A stretch of DNA of 64,000 nt, taken from an uncultured bacterium (lineage in GTDB: Bacteria; Joyebacterota; Joyebacteria; Joyebacterales; Joyebacteraceae). The DNA is taken from the NCBI GenBank assembly GCA_964562405.1, contig CAZLTC010000001.1, positions 252 through 64,251 on the forward strand, read 5' to 3'. Position numbers and translations under genes: made by a program. Shown here one piece after another: positions 19,643 to 28,212 of this stretch. Within the stretch, counting starts at the first letter, position 1; each line of letters starts with the position of its first letter. The notes beneath the pieces were generated by a model, which worked only from the letters and a program-made list of their open reading frames with translations, was not told where the DNA came from and did not search any database.

Positions 19643-20590
19643 TTGGCGGAGCACGAGCGTGCCATCCGACTGCTGAGACGCGGCGATCTCGTCGCGGATG
19701 GAACCTACCGTGTCCACTCGCGCTTCAGGCGAGCGGTCAACCTCAGTGACGGGCGCAGAGTGCTCTCGGTCGTCGCGGCGGGCGTAGACGCCGGGCCCGC
19801 GACCCTGGTCGTGGATCGCCTCCACGCAGGCTCGCCCGAGACCGTCCACGTCGCCGGCTCGTCGGTTACGATCGACGGCCTCCCTGTCGCTACCACGGAT
19901 GCCGCGTCCTACGATTCCACCTTCTATGTCAGAGCGGCCGACGCTCGTGTCGTTCGCCGCAATCTGAGTGTCCTCTCTTTGCTCATCGCCGAGCGCGCGC
20001 CGGTCGAGAGCCTGGCCTTCCTGCTCAATCCCGGGAGGGTCGAGCTTCTACGTCCGGGCTTCGAGCGCACCTACGCGCGCCACATGAGCCACTGCGCACG
20101 CGACATCTTTCACGGCGACATGCTGCGCGGAGTCGAGCGGGCCAGGGGCTGCGGCTTCGGGCTCACTCCGTCCGGTGACGACCTGATGGTCGGCATCCTG
20201 GTAGCGATGCGGTTTCTGGAGCAGACCGGCGGACGAGACCTCTCCGAGGTGAGGGCCGACGTCGAGCGCACGGCACGCACCGGCAGCCTGCTGGGTGATT
20301 CGTTCCTGGCGTTCGCCGCCCGCGGAAGGGTCTGCGAGAGCATGAGGTCGCTCGTGACCGCACTCGCCCTCGGCTCGTCGGGAGACGTGGCGTCCGCGTT
20401 CGACAGGATCTCCAGCGTCGGGGCGACGTCGGGTGTGGATGCCGCCTCCGGGCTCTGCCTGGGCGTCGGCGCGGGTGCCAACGGCTGGCCTCGCACCGGC
20501 CGCGCATCATTCGGTCGGGCCGCCGCGGGCGCCGAACCGGTTCCAGGCGATGTTCGCGCGCCGGGAGAGGGGAGTATCCTGTGGTCCTAG
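19643..20590 (+). CDS. DUF2877 protein (YlbF/AllH-like)
   Basis: ~316 aa from an in-frame TTG at 19643; the track ORF opens at 19574. Lies adjacent to FdrA and DUF1116 genes, as in the E. coli fdrA-ylbE-ylbF cluster. Confidence 0.55.
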   Translation: MAEHERAIRLLRRGDLVADGTYRVHSRFRRAVNLSDGRRVLSVVAAGVDAGPATLVVDRLHAGSPETVHVAGSSVTIDGLPVATTDAASYDSTFYVRAADARVVRRNLSVLSLLIAERAPVESLAFLLNPGRVELLRPGFERTYARHMSHCARDIFHGDMLRGVERARGCGFGLTPSGDDLMVGILVAMRFLEQTGGRDLSEVRADVERTARTGSLLGDSFLAFAARGRVCESMRSLVTALALGSSGDVASAFDRISSVGATSGVDAASGLCLGVGAGANGWPRTGRASFGRAAAGAEPVPGDVRAPGEGSILWS

Positions 20591-22116
20591 AGTGCAGGAT
20601 CAGGAAAGGCGCGTACTTCGACTCGGTCACCCTCATGAACGTCGGGCGCGAGCTGTCCGTCATGGACGGCGTCGACGACGCGGCGATCGTCATGGGCACC
20701 GATGAGAACAAGAACATACTTCGCGCCTCCCGCCTGCTGACCCCGAAGCTCGAAAGCGCCGTCGGCAGCGATCTCCTGATCGCGGTCCGGGCGTCGGACG
20801 CGGCCTCGGCAGCGGCCGCGCTCGCGGCGGTCGACGCGCTCCTGACGCGCGACAGAAGCGCGGTCGGGGACTCGTCGGCACGCGAGCCGCGCAGCCTCGG
20901 CGGCGCGCTCGACGTCGTTCCGGAGGCGAACCTCGCGCTCATATCGGTCGCGGGACGCTATGCCGGCGCCGTGGCCGATGAGGCGCTCGACCGCGGTCTT
21001 CACGTCATGCTCTTCTCGGACAACGTGGCGCTGGAGACGGAGGTCGCCCTCAAGAGGAAGGCCCACGAGAAGGGCCTTCTCGTGATGGGACCCGACTGCG
21101 GCACGGCCATCGTGAACGGCGCGCCGCTCGGGTTCGCCAACGCCGTGTCCCGCGGCCCGGTGGGCATAGTTGCCGCATCCGGCACGGGTCTCCAGGAGGT
21201 CAGCTGCCTGCTCTCAAACGACGGAGTGGGCATTTCGCAGGCGCTCGGGACGGGCAGCAGGGACGTGAACGATGCCGTGGGCGGCGTCACGTTCCAGGAC
21301 GCGCTGCGCGCGCTCGGTGACGACCCGGAGACGGAGGTCATCGTGCTCGTATCCAAGCCACCCGACCCGGGTGTCCATGCGGCCGTGCGCGAGGCGGCTG
21401 CGAAGCTCGGCAAGCCGGTCGTGTCCGTGTTCCTCGGGGCGGAGCCGACCGGTGCGATGGACGCCTGGACGCTGGCCGGGGCGGCCGTCAAGGCGGCGGC
21501 TGTCGTTAGAGGCGAGCCCGTCGAGGACACGCTCGCGTTCGGTCCTATGGACGACGCGCTTCGCGAGTTTGCCGACGACATCGCCTCGGCCAGGAGTGCG
21601 GGGCAGAGGTATCTGAGAGCGCTCATGAGCGGCGGCACGTTCGCTTCCGAGGCCGTGCTGCTACTGGGGCGGATCGGGGTGCCTGACGTGCACGCGAATG
21701 TCTCCGGCAAGCGCGCCGCGAGACTGAGTGACCCGCTCGCGAGCATCGCGAACACGGTCGTCGACATGGGCGCCGACGAGTTCACGGTCGGCCGCCCGCA
21801 CCCCATGATCGACTATTCGCTGAGGCGCAAGCGGCTTGCCGCGGAGTCGAAGGATCCCGAGGTGGCGGTCGTGCTGCTCGACGTGGTTCTGGGCTACGGC
21901 GCCAACCCGGATCCGGCCTCCGAGCTGGAAAACGCGGTCAGGGATGCTTCGTCGCGCGTCGCCGTCGTCTGCTCGATAACGGGAACCGAGCGCGACCCGC
22001 AGGTCCGGAGCGTCGTCGAGAGGCGACTGAGGCGGGCCGGTGCGGTCGTAATGCCTTCCAACGAGGCGGCATGCAGGCTCGCGGGCGAGACCGTACGCAC
22101 GCTGGGAGAACGCTGA
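20581..22116 (+). CDS. FdrA-family protein (succinyl-CoA-synthetase-alpha-like CoA-binding / ligase-CoA domains; AllF-like)
   Basis: N-terminus MVLECRIRKGAYFDSVTLM parallels E. coli FdrA (MIHAFIKKGCFQDSVSLM). GTG start overlapping the upstream gene. Confidence 0.75.
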   Translation: MVLECRIRKGAYFDSVTLMNVGRELSVMDGVDDAAIVMGTDENKNILRASRLLTPKLESAVGSDLLIAVRASDAASAAAALAAVDALLTRDRSAVGDSSAREPRSLGGALDVVPEANLALISVAGRYAGAVADEALDRGLHVMLFSDNVALETEVALKRKAHEKGLLVMGPDCGTAIVNGAPLGFANAVSRGPVGIVAASGTGLQEVSCLLSNDGVGISQALGTGSRDVNDAVGGVTFQDALRALGDDPETEVIVLVSKPPDPGVHAAVREAAAKLGKPVVSVFLGAEPTGAMDAWTLAGAAVKAAAVVRGEPVEDTLAFGPMDDALREFADDIASARSAGQRYLRALMSGGTFASEAVLLLGRIGVPDVHANVSGKRAARLSDPLASIANTVVDMGADEFTVGRPHPMIDYSLRRKRLAAESKDPEVAVVLLDVVLGYGANPDPASELENAVRDASSRVAVVCSITGTERDPQVRSVVERRLRRAGAVVMPSNEAACRLAGETVRTLGER

Positions 22117-23519
22117 TGTCGGCAGGTGAGCTGTTCAGGACGGAACTCAAGGTCGTGAACGTGGGCCTCCGGTCGTTCAGGGATAGCCTCGATTCGGCGG
22201 GCACGGTCGCCGTGCAGGTGGACTGGCAGCCGCCGATGGACGTCTCCGCCGAGTCGATGCGCGTGCTGGCCGGGCGCTCTTCCGTCATCGACGAGGCGAA
22301 CGCGAGGGCGGTCGACATGCTGCTGCGCGCGGCACCGGCCCTCGTGGGGATGGGGACGGCGTTCGACGCCATACCGGGCATGCGCCGCGACCTCTTCCTG
22401 CACGCCGGCCCTCCGGTCACATGGGAGCGTATGTGCGGACCCATGCGCGGCGCGGTCATGGGGGGTATCATCTACGAGGGGCTTGCCGACACTCCGGAAG
22501 CCGCGGAGGAACTGGCAGCGTCCGGTGCGATAGAATTCGAGCCGTGCCACGAGCACAGCGCCGTCGGTCCGATGGCGGGCATCGTGACGCCGTCGATGCC
22601 GGTCTTCGTGATACGGAACACGGAGTTCGGGAACGAGGCCTTCTGCACCATGAACGAGGGGCTCGGGAAGGTCCTGCGCTACGGCGCGTTCGCGCCCGAG
22701 GTCATCGAGCGACTGAACTGGATGCGCGACGTCCTCTACCCGGTCCTCCACCGCGCGATCGCGACCGCCGGTCCCATCGACCTGAAGAACCTGATCGCGC
22801 AGGCGCTCCACATGGGTGACGAGGTCCACAACCGGAACCGCGCGGCGACGTCGCTCCTCTACCGGGCGCTCGCGCCCGCTATCGTCTCGACGTGCGACGA
22901 TCGCGCGGCCGCCGCGCGGGTGCTCGGCTTCATCAACGGGAACGACCACTTCTTCCTCAACCTGTCGATGCCGGCCTGCAAGGCATCGCTCGACCCGGCA
23001 CGCGGCATCGAGGGCTCGAGCCTCGTCGTCGCGATGACGAGGAACGGGACCGACTTCGGCGTGCAGCTCTCCGGCACCGGCGACGAGTGGTTCACGGGTC
23101 CCGCCGACGTGCCGGACGCGCTCTTCTTCCCGGGATATACGAGGGAGGACGCCAACCCGGACATCGGTGACAGCTCGATCACCGAGACCGCGGGACTCGG
23201 AGGGTTCGCGATCGCGGCATCGCCCGCCATCGTCCAGTTCGTCGGCGGGACGACGTCAGACGCCATCAACTACACGCTCGAGATGTACGAGATCACGACG
23301 GCCGAGAACGACGCGTACCAGGTGCCGTACCTCGACTTCCGGGGGACTCCGACGGGCATCGACGTGGTGAAGGTCGTGACGAAGAACATACTGCCGTTCA
23401 TAGACACGGGCGTGGCGCACCGGGACCCCGGCGTGGGGCAGGTCGGGGCGGGAGTGCTCCGGGCCTCGGCGCAGCCGTTCCTCAGGGCATTCGAGGGGCT
23501 CGCCGCCAGACTGGGGTGA
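22116..23519 (+). CDS. DUF1116 protein (YlbE/AllG-like)
   Basis: 468 aa. ATGA overlap with the fdrA-like stop. Family is invariably paired with FdrA. Confidence 0.65.
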   Translation: MSAGELFRTELKVVNVGLRSFRDSLDSAGTVAVQVDWQPPMDVSAESMRVLAGRSSVIDEANARAVDMLLRAAPALVGMGTAFDAIPGMRRDLFLHAGPPVTWERMCGPMRGAVMGGIIYEGLADTPEAAEELAASGAIEFEPCHEHSAVGPMAGIVTPSMPVFVIRNTEFGNEAFCTMNEGLGKVLRYGAFAPEVIERLNWMRDVLYPVLHRAIATAGPIDLKNLIAQALHMGDEVHNRNRAATSLLYRALAPAIVSTCDDRAAAARVLGFINGNDHFFLNLSMPACKASLDPARGIEGSSLVVAMTRNGTDFGVQLSGTGDEWFTGPADVPDALFFPGYTREDANPDIGDSSITETAGLGGFAIAASPAIVQFVGGTTSDAINYTLEMYEITTAENDAYQVPYLDFRGTPTGIDVVKVVTKNILPFIDTGVAHRDPGVGQVGAGVLRASAQPFLRAFEGLAARLG

Positions 23520-23544
23520 GAGCCGGACGATCAGGAGGTGGCAC

Positions 23545-24363
23545 TTGAACATCGACAAGTTCCTGGCATTCATGAACGATGTAAAGCTCTACGACTTGAC
23601 ACAGCGGCTCTCGATACACACGCCGCCCTGGCCCAGCTACATGCCGATGGGGCTCCAGTACTTCAAGCGCATCGCCGGCGCGCACATGGGGCAGGGTGCC
23701 AACGGGCAGATCATGACGACCTCCAACCACGTCGGCACGCACATGGACGGGGAGATCCACTTCCATGCGAGCGGACGCGCCATCGGCCAGGTCCCGCTCG
23801 AGGAGTGGGTCGGCCCGGGCGTCGTGGTCGACATCTCGGACGCCGTGGAGGACTACGGCCTCTACTCGCCGGCCATGATCGAGGAGCGCGTCGCCGTCAA
23901 GCCGGGCGACATTCTCATAATCAACACGGGCTACCACAAGTACGCGTGGGACCAGAAGGGCTCGGATGAGATGCGCTACTTCGTGAAGCACCCGGGTCCG
24001 GACCCCGACTTCCACAAGTGGGCGATCAAGATGAAGCTCAAGTGGATCGGGGTGGACTGCGGAAGCGCCGACCACCCAATGAACACGATCATCCGCGACT
24101 GGCATCCCGGTCTGTTCGAGAAAGCGGAGGCAAAGCTCACGCGCGACTACGGCAAGGTATGGGACGAGATGTTCCCGCCCGAAACGTACTACCAGGTCAT
24201 GCACCTCAAGCTCTTCCCGAAGAAGATCGTCCACGCCGAGAACCTCGGTGGCGACATAGACAAGCTCGGGAGCAGGCGATGCTGGATCGGGTGCTTCCCG
24301 CTGCGAGGCATCGAGCTGGAATCGTCGATGTGCCGCATCGTGGCGATGCTGCCGCCGGAGTGA
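23545..24363 (+). CDS. cyclase-family hydrolase (kynurenine formamidase / isatin hydrolase type)
   Basis: Metal-binding signature HVGTHMDGEIHFH (HxGTHxDxxxH). AGGAGG RBS with a TTG start. Confidence 0.75.
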   Translation: MNIDKFLAFMNDVKLYDLTQRLSIHTPPWPSYMPMGLQYFKRIAGAHMGQGANGQIMTTSNHVGTHMDGEIHFHASGRAIGQVPLEEWVGPGVVVDISDAVEDYGLYSPAMIEERVAVKPGDILIINTGYHKYAWDQKGSDEMRYFVKHPGPDPDFHKWAIKMKLKWIGVDCGSADHPMNTIIRDWHPGLFEKAEAKLTRDYGKVWDEMFPPETYYQVMHLKLFPKKIVHAENLGGDIDKLGSRRCWIGCFPLRGIELESSMCRIVAMLPPE

Positions 24364-24372
24364 GGAGCCAGC

Positions 24373-25263
24373 ATGTCGATATCGCACGAGTTCGACTACG
24401 TACGACCTGACACGCTGGACGAGGCCGTAGCGGCGCTCGGCCGGGCAGGCGATGGAGCGGCCGTCCTCGCGGGAGGCACCGACCTCGTGGCGTGGCTCAG
24501 GGATGGAGTGGCGAGGCCGTCCCTGGTCGTAGACCTCAAGGGCGTTCCTGGGCTCGCCGAGATCGCGGTGTCTGGTGGCGTTCTGTCAGTGGGCTCGTTG
24601 GTGACGTTCGCCGACCTCATCGATTCGGCAGCCGTCGCGGACGCGCTTCCGGTGCTGTGCGAGATGGCGCGCGTGATGGGCTCGACGGGCATACGCAACC
24701 GCGCGACCGTCGCCGGGAACATCTGCTCCGGCGTCCCTTCGTGCGACAGCGGTCCCGTCCTGCTCGTGTGCGACGCCACGGTCAGCGTCGTGGGTCCGGG
24801 TGGAGCGCGCGACGTGCCCGTTTCCGACTGGTTCAAGGGACCGAAGAAGACGGCGCTCAAGGCCGGCGAGATCGTGACGCGCATCGCGATTCCGCTTCCC
24901 GAGAACGGACACGGAGCCTGCTATGTCAAGCTCAGGCGCAACCGCGGCGAGGATCTGGCGCAGGCCGGCGTAGCCGTCATGGCGCTGCCCGATCGGAGCT
25001 ACCGTGTCGCCTTCGGAGCCGTCGCACCGACACCCGTGAGGGCGCCGCGCATCGAGGCGCTCCTCTCGGGGCGCGGGGTGGACGACGCCGTCATCGAAGA
25101 GGCAAAGATGCTCGTGTCCGAGGAGACCGCGCCGATCTGCGACATCAGAGCGAGTCGAGAATACCGGGAGCACATGCTGCCGGTGATGCTCGAGCGGGCG
25201 CTGCGCGCGGCCGCGTCGCGTCTCGCGGGAGCCGGCCCCGTGTACGGGGAGCCGCTCATCTAG
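24373..25263 (+). CDS. xanthine-dehydrogenase-family FAD-binding subunit (CoxM/XdhB-like)
   Basis: FAD_binding_5 N-terminus (AVLAGGTDLVAWLRDG) and CO-dehydrogenase-flavoprotein C-terminal domain. Confidence 0.85.
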   Translation: MSISHEFDYVRPDTLDEAVAALGRAGDGAAVLAGGTDLVAWLRDGVARPSLVVDLKGVPGLAEIAVSGGVLSVGSLVTFADLIDSAAVADALPVLCEMARVMGSTGIRNRATVAGNICSGVPSCDSGPVLLVCDATVSVVGPGGARDVPVSDWFKGPKKTALKAGEIVTRIAIPLPENGHGACYVKLRRNRGEDLAQAGVAVMALPDRSYRVAFGAVAPTPVRAPRIEALLSGRGVDDAVIEEAKMLVSEETAPICDIRASREYREHMLPVMLERALRAAASRLAGAGPVYGEPLI

Positions 25264-25350
25264 ACGGACCGGAAGGGTCGGCGCGTCTCGCGCCGAGGGC
25301 GTCAATCTCTCGCCGTGCCGGCATCACATGCTCTGTCAGGGAGCACTCGA

Positions 25351-25830
25351 ATGACTCGACAGATCACGCTCAACGTCAACGGCGAGGAGTGGACCATCTC
25401 CGTCGCCCCGAACGAGACGCTCCTCGAGGCGCTGCGCGACCGCATAGGCATCAAGAGCCCGAAGATCGGGTGCGAGCGAGGCGACTGCGGAAGCTGCACG
25501 GTCATCCTGGACGGGAAGACCGTGAGGTCGTGTCTCGTTCTCGCCGTCGAGGCCGACGGTCGCGGCGTCCTGACCGTGGAGGGGCTCTCGAAGGACGGGC
25601 TCACCGACCTCCAGAAGGCGTTCATCGACGGCAACTCGTTCCAGTGCGGGTTCTGCGCGCCGGGCGTCATCCTGACCGCCTCGGAGCTCCTGGCGAAGAA
25701 CCCCGAGCCGACCGAGCTGGAGGTCAGGGAGGCGCTCTCCGGGAACCTCTGTCGCTGCACCGGCTATACGCCGATCATCGACGCGGTCCTCGCGGTGGGC
25801 AAGCGGGGAGGAGGACGGAGCGATGGCTGA
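25351..25830 (+). CDS. xanthine-dehydrogenase-family (2Fe-2S)-binding small subunit (CoxS-like)
   Basis: Plant-type and second 2Fe-2S motifs (GCERGDCGSCTVILDG, CGFCAPG, CRCTGY). Confidence 0.9.
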   Translation: MTRQITLNVNGEEWTISVAPNETLLEALRDRIGIKSPKIGCERGDCGSCTVILDGKTVRSCLVLAVEADGRGVLTVEGLSKDGLTDLQKAFIDGNSFQCGFCAPGVILTASELLAKNPEPTELEVREALSGNLCRCTGYTPIIDAVLAVGKRGGGRSDG

Positions 25831-28201
25831 ACGCAAGCACGTGAGCGCGTCCGCTTCTGGTCTCAAGTACGTTGGCTCCTCCGCCACGCGCATCGACGGA
25901 CTGCCCAAGGTCTCGGGCAGCGCCACGTTCGTCGACGACATCGACTTCGGACCGGGCCTGCTTCACGCGGTCATCGTGGAGAGCCCACACGCCCACGCGA
26001 GCATCGTCTCCATCGATAAGTCGGCCGCCGAGGCCGTGCCCGGTGTCGTCCGCGTCGTGACGGGAGAGGACTTCCCATACAGGTTCGGCCTCTACATGAA
26101 GGACCGGCACATCTTCGCGATGGACAGGGTCAGGTTCGTCGGAGAGCAGGTGGCCGCCGTCATCGCGCGCGACCTCAAGACGGCGCAGCGGGCCGCCGAA
26201 CTCGTGCGCGTGGAGTACGAGGAGCTGCCGGCGCTGTTCGATCCGATGGAAGCTGTAGCCGAGGGGTCGTGCCTCCTGCATCCGGACATGTGCGACTGCG
26301 AGCGCGTCCCGTGGTTCTTCCCCGAGCCCGACACGAACGTCGCGCACTGCAGGCGCACGCGGAAGGGCGACGTCCAGGGGGGCTTCGAGGAGGCCGACAT
26401 CGTACTCGAGGACACTTACACGGTGCCGCGCTATGCGCACTGCGCCATAGAGCCGCACGTGGTAGTGGGGCTTCACGACCACTCGGGACGACTCACGCTC
26501 TGGTCGGCGTCGCAGTCACCACACACGCAGCGCAACCTCTTCGCCGAGACGCTCGCGCCGCTCGGGCTCACGCACAAGGACATCAGGGTGGTGACGCCCT
26601 ATGTCGGAGGCGGGTTCGGAGGGAAGGCCGGCGTCACGATGGAGATCATAGGCGCCGCGCTCGCCACCGCGGTCAAGGGTCGGCCGGTCAAGCTGCGCTG
26701 GACGCGCGAGCAGGAGTTCTACAATACCTACCAGCGCCAGGCTGTCGTGGCGAAGCTCAAGATCGGGGCGAAGAAGGACGGTACCCTCACGGCCATCGAG
26801 CACACGCTCTACTGGGACGCCGGGGCCTACGTCGAGTACGGCGCGAACGTGGTGAACGCCGTCGGCCTCTCTGCCACAGGACCGTACCGCATCCCGAACG
26901 TGAAGATCGACTCGTACTGCATCTACACGAACCTGCCGCCCGGCGGGCCGTATCGCGGGTTCGGTTACTCGGAGTTCCACTTCGGGCTCGAGTCGCACAT
27001 GACCCGGCTTGCTCAGGAGCTGGGGCTTGACCCGGTCGAGTTTCGCAAGAGGAACGCGATTCGCGAAGGCGACACGCTTGCCTACGGCGCGAAGATGAAC
27101 CCGAGTGGGCTCCTGGAGGCCATCGACAGGGCGGCGGCCGCCATCGGCTGGGGCGAGAGCACCGAGCCGTCGGGACCGGGCAAGCTCGTCGGCAAGGGTT
27201 TCTCGCTCATGTGGAAGGCGCCGGCCATGCCACCGAACGCGGCCTCGGCCGCGTTCCTCAAGTTCAGCGAGGACGGGAGCATCAACATCACCGTCTCGGG
27301 CATGGAGATCGGGCAGGGCTATCTCACGGCGATGGCTCAGATTGCCGCGGAGGTTCTGTCCGTTCCCACGGAGAAGATCCGCGTCGAGACGCCCGACACC
27401 GACCGCAACCCGTACGAGTGGCAGACCGTGGGGTCGCACGTGACGTGGGGGTGCGGCAACGCCGTGAAGGATGCGGCGATCGAGGCGCGCGAGAGGATCT
27501 TCGACGTCGTGAACAGGGGCAAGGGTCTTCCCGTCGACGCGCTCTACCTCGAGGATGAGAGGGTGAAGAGCCGTCTGGACCCCGACTTCGAGCTTCCGCT
27601 TCGCGACTTCGTCATCTACGGCATCCAGATGGCGGACGGCACCTTCCGCGGCGGCCCCATCATGGGAAGCGGGATGTTCATGCCGGAGTTCACGTCGGCC
27701 CTGTCCGACCCGGCGACGAGCCAGGGCGGACACCCGAACGTGCACTACACCGTCGGGGCGGCTGGCGTCGTGCTCGAGATCGACCGCCAGACCGGCAAGA
27801 TGGACGTCCTCAGGACGGCGCTCGCCGTCGACGTCGGCAAGGCCATAAACCCCGACCTCGTGGAGGGACAGATAACGGGTGGGCTCCTGCAGGGTCTCGC
27901 AACGGTGCTCTACGAGGACATGCGGTTCGACGAGAAGGGGAGGATGCTGAACCCCAACTTCACCGACTACAAGATACCCACCACGATGGACACCCCGAGG
28001 GAGACGATACCCATCATCGTCGAGGTCCCGCAGCCCGACGGCCCGTTCGGCGCGCGCGGCGTGGGGGAGCACACGATGATCCCCGCTGCACCCATGGTCG
28101 CCAACGCGGTCGCGGACGCTACGGGCATACGCCTCAAGTCGATGCCCATCACCGCGGAGAAGGTCGCCCTGGCGATCGCTGAACGCGAGCGGAATCGATA
28201 G
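25823..28201 (+). CDS. xanthine-dehydrogenase-family molybdopterin-binding large subunit
   Basis: 792 aa with Ald_Xan_dh_C/C2 domains and typical blocks (GGGFGGK, GQGxxT, GEHTMIPAAP). Confidence 0.9.
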   Translation: MAERKHVSASASGLKYVGSSATRIDGLPKVSGSATFVDDIDFGPGLLHAVIVESPHAHASIVSIDKSAAEAVPGVVRVVTGEDFPYRFGLYMKDRHIFAMDRVRFVGEQVAAVIARDLKTAQRAAELVRVEYEELPALFDPMEAVAEGSCLLHPDMCDCERVPWFFPEPDTNVAHCRRTRKGDVQGGFEEADIVLEDTYTVPRYAHCAIEPHVVVGLHDHSGRLTLWSASQSPHTQRNLFAETLAPLGLTHKDIRVVTPYVGGGFGGKAGVTMEIIGAALATAVKGRPVKLRWTREQEFYNTYQRQAVVAKLKIGAKKDGTLTAIEHTLYWDAGAYVEYGANVVNAVGLSATGPYRIPNVKIDSYCIYTNLPPGGPYRGFGYSEFHFGLESHMTRLAQELGLDPVEFRKRNAIREGDTLAYGAKMNPSGLLEAIDRAAAAIGWGESTEPSGPGKLVGKGFSLMWKAPAMPPNAASAAFLKFSEDGSINITVSGMEIGQGYLTAMAQIAAEVLSVPTEKIRVETPDTDRNPYEWQTVGSHVTWGCGNAVKDAAIEARERIFDVVNRGKGLPVDALYLEDERVKSRLDPDFELPLRDFVIYGIQMADGTFRGGPIMGSGMFMPEFTSALSDPATSQGGHPNVHYTVGAAGVVLEIDRQTGKMDVLRTALAVDVGKAINPDLVEGQITGGLLQGLATVLYEDMRFDEKGRMLNPNFTDYKIPTTMDTPRETIPIIVEVPQPDGPFGARGVGEHTMIPAAPMVANAVADATGIRLKSMPITAEKVALAIAERERNR

Positions 28202-28212
28202 CGCCGCGCTGC

